A stretch of DNA of 64,000 bases from Dehalococcoidia bacterium (GTDB lineage: Bacteria > Chloroflexota > Dehalococcoidia > Bin125), in NCBI GenBank assembly GCA_963663895.2, contig CAXXRD010000001.1:480001-544000 (forward strand), read 5' to 3'. Made by a program: the position numbers and the translations under genes. Of the stretch, positions 29,388-38,879 are shown one piece after another; the first letter of the stretch is position 1, and each line of letters opens with the position of its first letter. The notes beneath the pieces are model-generated. The model was not told the origin of the DNA, ran no database searches, and saw nothing but the letters and a program-made list of their open reading frames with translations.

Positions 29388-30635
29388 CTAGGCGCCGACG
29401 GGCTGGAGCTCCGCTTGGGGTGTGGTGGCGAGGCTGACCGGCGCATCGATATCGAACGGGCTATTGAGCCCCAGCTCATCCGCGTACTGGCGGATGGCGG
29501 GGAGCACTTCCTGGCCCATCAGCTCGATGCAGCGCATGCCGGTCTCATGGCTGACGCGGCCATCGTTGCACCAAATGTTGAGAATGCCGGGGCGCAGCTC
29601 GTCGAGGACGCGCTTGAGGCCTTCGATGACCTGGTCCGGCGTCCCCACGATGACGTTGCCGGCGCTCATCAGATCCTGGATCGTCACATCCTTGCCGACG
29701 TTGGCCACGTTCTGGCGCCGGCCGTTCGCCATCTCGACGAATTGGCGCCGCCAGGTTGGGGAGCCGTAGCCGGAGGGATTGTGCCAGACCGGGTGCGTCA
29801 CGCCCGTGAACTCGCCCTGCATCCACATATAGTGCTGGGCCGCCGCGATCGCCTTCTCTTCGGTGTCCTGCACATGCACGCGCAACTCGTACCCCTTGGT
29901 CTCCGGACCGGGTTCGTAGCCGGCGGCGCGGGCCGTCTGATCGTACAGGGCCCAGATCTTCTTAGTGGTCTCGAAGGTCGTGCTGAGCGCCACGAAGGGG
30001 TAGCGGTGCTCGGCGGCGAAAATGACCGTCTCCTTGCTGGCAACACCGGGCATCCAAATCCGCGGGTGGGGCTTCTGCAGGGGCTGGACCCAGGGATTGA
30101 CCACGCGGAGCTGGAAGTGATTGCCTTCCCAGCGCCAGGGGCCGGGCTCCGTCCACGTCTTCACGATGAGGTCGTGCGACTCCACGAAGCGCTCACGGTT
30201 ATAGGCAGGGTTGGCGTTAGTCGAGATCTGCTCCGTCCCGCCGCCCCGGACGAATCCCGAGATGATGCGGCCCTTTGAGATGAGGTCGAGCATCCCGATC
30301 TCTTCGGCGAGACGGACCGGGTTGTCCGAGATGGGGAGCGGGTTGCCGAGCAGCTCAATCCGCACGTGATCGGTCGCCGCCGCCAGCACCGCGGCGAAAA
30401 TATTGCACTTCGACTGCAAGCAGAAGGGCGCGTTGTGGTGCTCGTTGAGCATGATCCCGTCGAACCCCACCTCTTCGGCGCGCTGATATTCCCGTAAGCG
30501 CAGCTGGTAGAGCTCGCTCACCGCCTCGGCGTTGAAGTACTTGTTCGGGAGCAGCAGGGCGGTGTAGCCCAGCTCATCGCCGATCTCCTGCGGGAACGAT
30601 GCATCCGGCTGCTCCGTGAAGTAGGCGATGAACAT
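29388..30635 (-). CDS. Luciferase-like (LLM) flavin-dependent oxidoreductase, paralogue 1
   Basis: Same motifs as the neighbour (GFDGIMLNEHHNAPFC, PLQKPHPRIW). Confidence 0.92.
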   Translation of the reverse strand: MFIAYFTEQPDASFPQEIGDELGYTALLLPNKYFNAEAVSELYQLRLREYQRAEEVGFDGIMLNEHHNAPFCLQSKCNIFAAVLAAATDHVRIELLGNPLPISDNPVRLAEEIGMLDLISKGRIISGFVRGGGTEQISTNANPAYNRERFVESHDLIVKTWTEPGPWRWEGNHFQLRVVNPWVQPLQKPHPRIWMPGVASKETVIFAAEHRYPFVALSTTFETTKKIWALYDQTARAAGYEPGPETKGYELRVHVQDTEEKAIAAAQHYMWMQGEFTGVTHPVWHNPSGYGSPTWRRQFVEMANGRRQNVANVGKDVTIQDLMSAGNVIVGTPDQVIEGLKRVLDELRPGILNIWCNDGRVSHETGMRCIELMGQEVLPAIRQYADELGLNSPFDIDAPVSLATTPQAELQPVGA

Positions 30636-30689
30636 GGCGCTCTCCGTGGGTGGGCGTCCGGTTAGGAACCAGCGCCAGGCTGCAACGTA

Positions 30690-31484
30690 TCACGCACCGG
30701 CGAAGTCGAGCACCAAACGGCTCAGCTCGGCCGGTTTCTCCATTTCGACGAAGTGCCCAGCTCCTTCGATCACTTCGAGACGGCTGTTCGGCAAGGCGTC
30801 GCGATAGCGCTCGCCACAGCTGCGCGGGACGATGCGATCGGCCGCACCCCAGACGATCAAGGTCGGCGTGGTGAGCCCGGGAAGGAGATAGGGCAGCGTC
30901 TGGCTGAAGAGGTACGGTTTCCAGGCGATGCGGGCCGTCATCTCGCGGTGGACGTCCCAGTCCATGAGCTGCTCGGTGGCCGGCTCCTCGCCATAGACGC
31001 GGCGGAAGCTGTCGCTGTCGTGAAAGCCCATCTTGACGTAGTCCATGTGGGCGTAGAGGAACTGGTCCAAGATCTCGCCCTCGGGGGGTTGGAGCCCCGT
31101 CGCGCCGACGAGGACGAGGCGCTTGCAGCGCGACTGGTTCATCGTCGCCATCTCGGCCGCGACCCAGCCCCCGAATCCGAGCCCAACCAAGACCGACTCT
31201 TCGATACCAGCTTGATCGAACAGTAGATTAAGCTCCACGGCGAGGTCGCGGACGCTGCGCATCCATAGCGGACGTTCCGACTGCCCCCAGCCAGGGAAGT
31301 CGGGGACGGTGACGGTGAAGCGCTGCGCGAGTTGCTCGTAAAAGGGAAGCCAACCCGGATTGCCGATCTCGTGGTGCAGAACGATCAGCGAATCACCGCT
31401 GCCGCTCTGGAGCCAGTGGATCTTTTCGCCAACGACCTCCACGAACTGTTCCGACGCCTCTGGCAGTGCTTCGGTGACGGCCAT
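30690..31484 (-). CDS. Alpha/beta hydrolase-fold protein lacking the canonical Ser nucleophile
   Basis: PDFPGWGQS, G-L-G-F-G-G at the elbow, WG..D, GAGH. Confidence 0.82.
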   Translation of the reverse strand: MAVTEALPEASEQFVEVVGEKIHWLQSGSGDSLIVLHHEIGNPGWLPFYEQLAQRFTVTVPDFPGWGQSERPLWMRSVRDLAVELNLLFDQAGIEESVLVGLGFGGWVAAEMATMNQSRCKRLVLVGATGLQPPEGEILDQFLYAHMDYVKMGFHDSDSFRRVYGEEPATEQLMDWDVHREMTARIAWKPYLFSQTLPYLLPGLTTPTLIVWGAADRIVPRSCGERYRDALPNSRLEVIEGAGHFVEMEKPAELSRLVLDFAGA

Positions 31485-31572
31485 GCAAACCTCCCCGGGC
31501 CGCGATCGCTCGGCGGTCGCCCCACGACTTCCACCCGGGGCGTCGGCGCAGTGTATCAGTTCGGCCCGTCTC

Positions 31573-32484
31573 TTACGCGCGCCGTGGACCGCCACTTCCG
31601 AGCAGATCGCCACCGAAGAGCTGTCTCCCGGCGTCCGTCAGACGCGAAGGTGGCGCTGCCCGCCTGCTCGCCCGCCCACGCAGAGACGACCAGAGCAGGA
31701 CGAGCGTGAACAGCGCCGCCTGGACCAGTACGACCGTCGCCCCGGACGAGACATCGACAAACCAAGAGAGGTAGACCCCTAGGAAGCCGGTCAGGCCGCC
31801 GAGCAGCGTGGAGAAGATGACGAGGCGGTTGAAAGAATCGGTGAGCAACCGCACGGTGACGGGTGGAATGACGAGGGCGGCCGCGATCAAGGTGACGCCG
31901 AGCACCTGCAGCGAAGCGATGACCGTCGCCGCGAGCGCCAGGGAGAAGATCGCCTCGACCCAGCCCACGGGCACTCCATAGGAACGGGCCACGCCAGCGT
32001 CGAAGGTGGTGAACAGGAGCGGTTTCCACCAGATGAAGATCACAGCCGCCACCAAGGCCATGACACCGGCGATCACATAGAGATCGTCAGCCGTGATGCC
32101 CAGGATCTCCCCGAAAAGGGCCGCCTCGAAGTCACGCGTGAAGGTGGATCGCCGGCTGATAAGCGCCACTCCCACGGCGAAAGCGGCGGTCGTGATGATG
32201 CCGATCGCGGCGTCGCCGCCGATGCGGCGGTGACGGCCCGCCGCGTTAATCAGAAAGGCGGCGAAGGCTCCCCACAACGTCGCGCCGATGTAAAAGCTGA
32301 ATCCTGAGACGAAGGAGACAACCGCACCCCCGAAGATCGCATGCGCCAGACCGTGGCCGATATAAGCGAGGTGCCGGAGGACGATGTAGACGCCGATGAG
32401 GCCGGTCAGCAGCCCAACCAGCCCGGCCGCGATCATGGCGCGGACCATGAACTCGAAGCGAAAGGGGTCGGCTAACGCATCCAC
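31573..32484 (-). CDS. Zn/Mn ABC transporter permease (ZnuB/ABC-3)
   Basis: G.YIVLR, GHGLAH, DAAIGI, LFGEILG, TFD..A, multiple TM helices. Confidence 0.92.
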   Translation of the reverse strand: MDALADPFRFEFMVRAMIAAGLVGLLTGLIGVYIVLRHLAYIGHGLAHAIFGGAVVSFVSGFSFYIGATLWGAFAAFLINAAGRHRRIGGDAAIGIITTAAFAVGVALISRRSTFTRDFEAALFGEILGITADDLYVIAGVMALVAAVIFIWWKPLLFTTFDAGVARSYGVPVGWVEAIFSLALAATVIASLQVLGVTLIAAALVIPPVTVRLLTDSFNRLVIFSTLLGGLTGFLGVYLSWFVDVSSGATVVLVQAALFTLVLLWSSLRGRASRRAAPPSRLTDAGRQLFGGDLLGSGGPRRA

Positions 32485-33383
32485 GCGGATCCGGCGGCTT
32501 CGGCCGCCCTCGCATCGGCGGGTCTCGGTTGGGACTCCTGGGAATCGCTTTCCGCATGCTCAAGCACGTAGAGAGCGTCACCGCGCCGGACCACGAGCAT
32601 CTCCGCGCCGTAGGTCCGGCGCAGAATATCCGGCCGGATCACAGCGGCGGGTGTACCATCGGCGATGACGGTACGCTCGGCCACACAGACAAGCCGCGGC
32701 AAGTGCGTCGCGACGCCGTTGAGCTCGTGCGTGGTCAGGACGATGCCAACTCCGCCGCGATTGAGCTCGCCCAAGAGATGCATGATGTCGTGCCGGGTCT
32801 TGATATCGACGCCACTGGTCGGCTCATCAAGCAACAGCAAATCCGGGTCGCCTATCAGGGCGCGGGCCAGGAACGTCCGGTGCTGCTCGCCGCCGGAGAG
32901 TGCCCGAATGTGACGACCGGCCAAGTGGTCGATGCCCAGTCGTTCCAACACTTGCCGGACGAGGACGCGGTCGTTGGGACGCGGCCACGGGAACCGTCCC
33001 GACTCGCGCCAGCGGCCGAGCAACACCACCTGCTCGACCGTGATCGGAAAGTTCCAGTCGCTGGTGTGAACCTGGGGCACGTAGCCGAATCGCAGCGTGG
33101 CGCCGTCAGACCGCGGATGGTGGATGATCTCGCCGCTGAAGCGATCAGCTTGTCCCATGATCGCGCGCAGCAGCGTCGTCTTGCCGGAGCCGCTGGGGCC
33201 CACCACGCCCAAGAACTCGCCACGCTGCAGTGCAAGGGAAACCTCTTCCAGCGCCACGACCCCTTCGTACCCAACGGTCAGCCCGCGGAGCGTCACCAGC
33301 GGCCCGCCCGCCTGAGAAGCGGGTGGAGGCCCGTGCTCTACGGGCCGCATGGCCGCCGCCGCTCCACCGTCTGGGTTAACCAT
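32472..33383 (-). CDS. Zn/Mn ABC transporter ATPase (ZnuC-like)
   Basis: GPSGSGKT, GYVPQ, LSGGE, LLDEPT, TTH; start may be ~33350. Confidence 0.92.
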   Translation of the reverse strand: MVNPDGGAAAAMRPVEHGPPPASQAGGPLVTLRGLTVGYEGVVALEEVSLALQRGEFLGVVGPSGSGKTTLLRAIMGQADRFSGEIIHHPRSDGATLRFGYVPQVHTSDWNFPITVEQVVLLGRWRESGRFPWPRPNDRVLVRQVLERLGIDHLAGRHIRALSGGEQHRTFLARALIGDPDLLLLDEPTSGVDIKTRHDIMHLLGELNRGGVGIVLTTHELNGVATHLPRLVCVAERTVIADGTPAAVIRPDILRRTYGAEMLVVRRGDALYVLEHAESDSQESQPRPADARAAEAAGSAWMR

Positions 33384-34419
33384 CGAACCGCTCGAAGGGG
33401 ATCCAGGTGTTGCTCACGTCCACACCATCAAGTACGCCGCTGTCACCGCCAAGGCTTTGAGCGATGGCACGGACGTTCTCCACCATCATCGCGAAATACG
33501 TATTGGTGGGATCACCCGGCTCCCCAGGCAGATCGTCATCACGCAGCGCCGACACCTGGACGGCCCCAGCCTCTTCCGCGATACGGTCCAGCACGGAGCT
33601 GGGGAAAACTTCGGAGCCAAAGATGGCCGGGAGATTCACTTCCCGAATCTGGGCGATGAGTGCAGCGACCTCCTGCGGCGCCGGCTCTGAAAAGTCGGAG
33701 GGCTCGATCGCTCCGATGATCTCAAGGCCGTAGCGCGGTCCGAAGTAGGGAAAGGAGTCGTGGTAGGTCAGCAACTTGCGGTTGGCCGGCGGGATCGTGC
33801 CGAGCGCCTCCGCGAAGAGACGGTCCAACGCCGAGATTCGCGTGCGGAACGCATCAAGATTCATGCTGTAGTAGCCCGCAGCTTCTGGATCCTTCTTCAC
33901 GAGGGAATCACGGACGACTTCAGCATAGGCGACGGCGAGATGGGGATCGGTCCACGCATGGGGATTGGGATTACCGCCGGTTTCCGGAAACGAGAAGTCA
34001 AAAACGTACTGATCGACCGGGACCACCGTGTCGCCGAGCAGCACGATCTCCGCCTCCGTGTTCGCCCGCGCGAGCTCCAGCGTTGGGAGCTCGAGGTTGA
34101 GCCCGTTGATAACGACCAAATCGGCCTCGGCGAGCACGCGCGCCGCGGAGGGGGCCGGCTCGAACGTATGCGAATTGATGCCTTCGGGGACCAGGCCGAC
34201 CACATCAACGTGGTCGCCGCCGACGTTCTCGATGACGCTGCGAAGCGGTGAAACGGTGGTCACGACGAGCAGCCGATCGTCGCCGCCGTCACCACCGCCA
34301 CAGGCGGCAGTGGAGAGCGCGTAGAGCACCGACGCGCACACGCCAAGTTGCGCGAGCCGTCGAACCAGCCGGAGCACGACTGCTGCACCTCTCGTGACTC
34401 GATCCTGACGGTTGTCCAC
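33376..34419 (-). CDS. Zn/Mn ABC transporter substrate-binding lipoprotein (ZnuA/TroA cluster A-I)
   Basis: Lipobox TAAC, SHTFEP, NGLNLE, NPHAW, YHDSFPYF, DD ligand. Confidence 0.92.
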   Translation of the reverse strand: MDNRQDRVTRGAAVVLRLVRRLAQLGVCASVLYALSTAACGGGDGGDDRLLVVTTVSPLRSVIENVGGDHVDVVGLVPEGINSHTFEPAPSAARVLAEADLVVINGLNLELPTLELARANTEAEIVLLGDTVVPVDQYVFDFSFPETGGNPNPHAWTDPHLAVAYAEVVRDSLVKKDPEAAGYYSMNLDAFRTRISALDRLFAEALGTIPPANRKLLTYHDSFPYFGPRYGLEIIGAIEPSDFSEPAPQEVAALIAQIREVNLPAIFGSEVFPSSVLDRIAEEAGAVQVSALRDDDLPGEPGDPTNTYFAMMVENVRAIAQSLGGDSGVLDGVDVSNTWIPFERFDG

Positions 34420-34431
34420 TCTCGTTCAATA

Positions 34432-34449
34432 GTTGCAAGTGTTTGCAAC
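34432..34449. promoter_or_regulatory. Palindromic operator (Fur/Zur-like) upstream of the metal ABC operon
   Basis: GTTGCAA-GTGT-TTGCAAC, AT-rich, 13 bp upstream of the SBP start; regulator identity is inferred. Confidence 0.6.
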
Positions 34450-34562
34450 AGCAGTCAAGAACTATAGCACTCGTACGCAGTAAGTGTGGACGACCGGCTT
34501 GGTTTCCCCAGAAGCTCCTCCGCGCTCCAGCCGCTATGCTCCTGTCAAGCTGGAGTGACGCC

Positions 34563-35093
34563 GTGGAAGCCAGATCCGCCCGGGCCGTCCGCTGGGGACG
34601 CGTGAGTACCGCGCAGGGCCCCGTTGCCGTGGGGTATGACGAGGCAGGCCGCGTTCTGCGCTCCGCTCCCGGAGAGCGGAGCGGTGACTTGATCGAAGCA
34701 TTGCAGCGTGACGGCGATGTCGCGCCGGTCCCCGACGAAGAGCCTCCGCCGACCGTCGTCGCGACAGCACGGCAAGCGCTGGCAGAAGGTCCCGACAAAC
34801 TGCTCGCGGAATCCGGGCTCACGGCATTCCAACAACGGGTACTGGAAGCTACGGCAAAGATCGCGCCGGGAGAGCGGCTCACCTACGGCGAACTCGCGCG
34901 GCGAATCGGATCGCCGGGAGCGGCCCGGGCCGTGGGGACGGCTCTAGCGCGCAATCCCTTCCCCGTGCTGATTCCCTGTCACCGCGTGGTGCGCGCGGAC
35001 GGGTCGATCGGAAACTATTCCTGCGGCGGCAGCCGGGTGAAGCAACGGCTCCTGAAGGAAGAGAGGTCCACGCTGCCGCGCGACCGCGTCTAG
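34563..35093 (+). CDS. ogt: Methylated-DNA-protein-cysteine methyltransferase
   Basis: FQQRV, TYGELA, AARAVG, NP.PVLIPCHRVV active site; start estimated. Confidence 0.9.
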   Translation: MEARSARAVRWGRVSTAQGPVAVGYDEAGRVLRSAPGERSGDLIEALQRDGDVAPVPDEEPPPTVVATARQALAEGPDKLLAESGLTAFQQRVLEATAKIAPGERLTYGELARRIGSPGAARAVGTALARNPFPVLIPCHRVVRADGSIGNYSCGGSRVKQRLLKEERSTLPRDRV

Positions 35094-36025
35094 CGGAAGC
35101 GCGGCAAGACCTTCTCAGCGAAGAGTGCCGCCGGCTCCCGGGTGTCGCGGCCGAAGAACTCGATCATGAACATCGAGCAGCCTAGATCGAGGTGCTCTTG
35201 GATCCGCCTTGACACTTGGTCGGCCGTGCCGGTGAGCGCGATCGACCCCGCCGGGTCCCCCATATGGCCCCCGTAGATCTTCTGTGCCTTCTCGACCATC
35301 GGCGCCAACGCCAACTCGTCCGGAGCGATCGTCACGAGGCATTGCTGAGACACCGCGATCTCGCCAAAGTCACGGCCGACATCGGCGCAGTGCGCCTTCA
35401 GCACGCCGATCTTCCTCTCCAACAGCGATTGCCGGCGCGCGGAATTGTTCCAGATATCCGCGAGTTCGGCAGCGATCCGCAGCGTGACCTTCTCGCCCGT
35501 CCCCCCGACCAAGATCGGCGGCCGCCGGGCAGGCTTGGGCGCGCAATGCAGATCGGCGCTCTGAATGAACTCGCCCTCAAAAGTCACCGATTCCTCGCTC
35601 CACAGGCCTTGAAGAAACTCGACCGATTCGCGGAGATGGCGCAGGCGCGCAGCGATCGGTGGAAACGGCATGCCGAAATCGGTGAACTCGCGCTCCATCC
35701 ACCCGGCTCCGAGCCCTGGAATCACGCGCCCGCCGCTGATGCTATCCACGGTGGCGATCGTTTTCCCCAGGTGCGCCGGGTTGCGCATGGCGGTCGGAGT
35801 AACCAGCGTGCCCAGCTCCGCGCGCGTGGTAACGGCTGCGAGTCCGGCGAGCAGGGACCAGGCTTCGAGCACTGGCGTCTGCGGCGAGGTGGCACCATAG
35901 AGATGGTCGTTAACCCAAAGCGAGTCGTACCCCATCGCCTCGAACCCCGTCGCCGCGCGGCAGCTCTCCTCCCAAGTGCGCTTGAACTGGGGGACCATCA
36001 CGCCGAAGTGGGGCTGAGGCGGCAT
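35090..36025 (-). CDS. LLM-class (probable F420-dependent) oxidoreductase
   Basis: GYDSLWVNDH, LGTLV, RNPAHL.K, GLGAGW..EF, PPILVGG.GE. Confidence 0.88.
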   Translation of the reverse strand: MPPQPHFGVMVPQFKRTWEESCRAATGFEAMGYDSLWVNDHLYGATSPQTPVLEAWSLLAGLAAVTTRAELGTLVTPTAMRNPAHLGKTIATVDSISGGRVIPGLGAGWMEREFTDFGMPFPPIAARLRHLRESVEFLQGLWSEESVTFEGEFIQSADLHCAPKPARRPPILVGGTGEKVTLRIAAELADIWNNSARRQSLLERKIGVLKAHCADVGRDFGEIAVSQQCLVTIAPDELALAPMVEKAQKIYGGHMGDPAGSIALTGTADQVSRRIQEHLDLGCSMFMIEFFGRDTREPAALFAEKVLPRFR

Positions 36026-36292
36026 CGCGTTCCTCCAGAGCGGCCCGGCGGGCCGTCGCGGCACCATTCTAGGTGCAGCGTCTCCACCGTCGTCAGCGCA
36101 CGCGAATCGTGGTGCAGCCACCGCTGAAGCGCAGCACGTCGATCGCGGGCCCGACTCACTGCGAGCAGGTGCGCACTTCCGCTAGACCTGCGGAGATCCC
36201 GCACAACCAGGGAGCAGGCGAAAGCCCGTCCCACGAGCAGCCTGCCCTTGCCTAGAATGCGCACATCACCCGTGCGGAATGAGGAGCGACTC

Positions 36293-37576
36293 GTGTCCAC
36301 AGCGTTCGTTGGAGCTCACCTGATCATCGGAGACGGCCGCGACTTCGATCGCGGCAGCGTCAAGATCGAAAACGGGCGGATCGCCGAGGTGCGGACGGAC
36401 GGCCAGAGTATCTCGGCAGATGTGACGGTAGACCTCGCTGGGCGAGCGCTCCTCCCAGGATTCATGGATCTGCACGACCACATGGTCGGCGGGGACAACC
36501 AGATCGCCCACGGCGACGAGTGGATCAGCTTCCGCATGAGCGACCCGCTCCAGGTCGCCGCGCTGGAAACGGTCGCCGCGGCGCGCAGAACGCTGCAGGC
36601 CGGCATCACATCCGCGCGGGAGATCGGGGCACGCGACTACATTGATGTGGCGTTGAAAAAGGCACAGGCACGTGGCGAGATCGAGGCGCCGCGCATGATC
36701 GCCGCCGGCCCCGGCGTATGGATGACGGGCGGACATGGATCGTTCTGGCGGCCCGGCGTGGGAGCCGACGGCGTGGACGCGATCATCCATCGCGTGCGGG
36801 AAATGGTCGCCAACGGATGCGACGTCATCAAGACCGTCAGCTCGGACGGTCCGGAGACCTGCGGAAATTGGGACAGCCCCCAGTACACGCGCGCAGAAGT
36901 CGCCACCGCGTTCGCCGAGGCGAAGCGGCTGGGCCGCCAGCCTGCCGCGCACGCGATGGGGAACGACGGAATCAACAACGTCGTCCTCTCGGGCGTCGAG
37001 ACGGTCGAGCATGGCTGGTACCTCAGCGAGGAGAACTGCCACAACATGGTCATGAAGGGGACGTATCTGATCCCCACCCTCGGCAACGTGATCGACATCC
37101 TGCGCAAGGGTCCCGGCCTCGGGATGAGCTGGGCGGAGATGATGGCGGAGGACGAGGAGGCAATCTTCGCACGGCACCGGATGGCCGTTGAGCTCGGAGT
37201 CAACATCGCCATGGGCTCCGACTGCGGCGGCAACGAGGCCCGCCTCCACGGCGATAATCTGCTGGAGTTGGAATGTCACGTACGAGCGGGAATGACGCCG
37301 ATGCAGGCGATCGTCAGCGGTACCCTGGAGCCCGCCAAAGCGACGAACGTCGCGGAGGAGATCGGAACGATCGAGACGGGCAAGCTGGCCGATCTGGTCG
37401 TTATCGATGGCGATCCGACCAGCGACATCACCCTGACGCGGACGGCCCTGGTCGGCGTGGTGCAAGGCGGCGCGGTCAAGCGGGACGACCTAGGCCTGCT
37501 CAGCGGCCTCGCGATCGACCCCGGATCCCGCTCCAACGAAGTCATCTTGCTACGCAAGCAAGGGAAGCTCAGCTGA
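36293..37576 (+). CDS. Amidohydrolase superfamily (prolidase-like subgroup), paralogue 1
   Basis: LLPGFMDLHDH, TGGHG, IK, AAHA, VEHG, GSD, GKLADLVV. Confidence 0.9.
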   Translation: MSTAFVGAHLIIGDGRDFDRGSVKIENGRIAEVRTDGQSISADVTVDLAGRALLPGFMDLHDHMVGGDNQIAHGDEWISFRMSDPLQVAALETVAAARRTLQAGITSAREIGARDYIDVALKKAQARGEIEAPRMIAAGPGVWMTGGHGSFWRPGVGADGVDAIIHRVREMVANGCDVIKTVSSDGPETCGNWDSPQYTRAEVATAFAEAKRLGRQPAAHAMGNDGINNVVLSGVETVEHGWYLSEENCHNMVMKGTYLIPTLGNVIDILRKGPGLGMSWAEMMAEDEEAIFARHRMAVELGVNIAMGSDCGGNEARLHGDNLLELECHVRAGMTPMQAIVSGTLEPAKATNVAEEIGTIETGKLADLVVIDGDPTSDITLTRTALVGVVQGGAVKRDDLGLLSGLAIDPGSRSNEVILLRKQGKLS

Positions 37577-37595
37577 GCAGACAAGGAGAGCACCG

Positions 37596-38879
37596 ATGGC
37601 CACCAGCCTGATCAACGCCCACCTAATCACCGGTGACGGCCGGGATTTCGCGGCCGGCAGCGTCAAGATCGATCAGGGGCGAATCACGGAAGTGCGCAAC
37701 GCGGGCGAGCCCGGCGGCGCAGATAAAGTCGTGGACCTCGGCGGCCGGGCGCTCCTCCCCGGTTTCATCGACCTGCACGACCATATCGTGGGCGGGGACT
37801 GCGCGCGCGGCTACGGCGATGAAGGCAAGAGCTTCCGCATGGAGGAGCCGATCATCAACGCCGTGCTGGAAACGATCCGGGCGGCGCGGACCAACCTGCT
37901 CACGGGCGTCACCTCCGCGCGCGACACGGCCGCCCGCGACTACATTGATGTGGATCTGAAGCGCGCCCAAGCCCAAGGCATGGCGGAGGGGCCGCGCATG
38001 CTGGCCTCCGGTCCCGGCGTTTGGATGACGGGCGGCCACGGGTCGTTTCTCGAGCCGGGGCATGAGGCGGACGGCGTCAACGCGATCACGCGGCGGGTCC
38101 GCGAGTTGGTCGCGCGAAAAGTCGACGTGATCAAAACGATCAGCTCCGACGGCCCCGAGACGTGCGGCGACTGGGACAGTCCGCAGTACACCCGTGAAGA
38201 GGTGACGGCCGCGTTCACGGAGGCGCGGCGCTTGGGCCGCCGCCGCGCCGCCCACGCCATGGGACACGAGGGGGTCAACAACGTCGTGTTGGGCGGCGTC
38301 GAGACGGTCGAGCACGGCTGGTATATCTCCGAGGAGAACTGCAGCAACATGATCGAGCACGGGACGTACCTCATCCCGACGCTCGGAAACGTCCTCGACA
38401 TCATTCACAAGGGGCCCGCCCTGGGAATGCCGTGGGCGGAGATGATGGCGGAGGACGAGGAGGCGATCTTCGAGCGCCATCGCATGGCCGTCGAGATGGG
38501 AGTCAAGATCGCCATGGGCTCCGACTGCGGCGGCAACGAGGCCCGCCTCCACGGCGACAGCCTCCTGGAGCTTGAGTGCTACGTGCGCTGCGGTATGACG
38601 CCCATGCAGGCGCTCGTGAGCGCTACCGGCGAAGCAGCCAACGCGGTCCACATTGAGGATGAGGTCGGGACGATCGAGGTGGGGAAGCTGGCGGACTTCG
38701 TAATTATCGAGGGCGACCCGACGGCCGACATCTCGCTCACCCGAACGGGAATCGTGGGCGTGATCCAGGGAGGCGACGTCAAGCGCGACGACCTGGGGAT
38801 ACTGGGCGATCTGCGGCTGGACCCTGGCGCGCGCTCCAACGAGGTGGTCCTGCTGGGCAAGCTCGGGAAGCTGGGCTAG
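37596..38879 (+). CDS. Amidohydrolase superfamily, paralogue 2
   Basis: Same motifs, with long identical peptide blocks shared with paralogue 1; RBS AAGGAG. Confidence 0.9.
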   Translation: MATSLINAHLITGDGRDFAAGSVKIDQGRITEVRNAGEPGGADKVVDLGGRALLPGFIDLHDHIVGGDCARGYGDEGKSFRMEEPIINAVLETIRAARTNLLTGVTSARDTAARDYIDVDLKRAQAQGMAEGPRMLASGPGVWMTGGHGSFLEPGHEADGVNAITRRVRELVARKVDVIKTISSDGPETCGDWDSPQYTREEVTAAFTEARRLGRRRAAHAMGHEGVNNVVLGGVETVEHGWYISEENCSNMIEHGTYLIPTLGNVLDIIHKGPALGMPWAEMMAEDEEAIFERHRMAVEMGVKIAMGSDCGGNEARLHGDSLLELECYVRCGMTPMQALVSATGEAANAVHIEDEVGTIEVGKLADFVIIEGDPTADISLTRTGIVGVIQGGDVKRDDLGILGDLRLDPGARSNEVVLLGKLGKLG

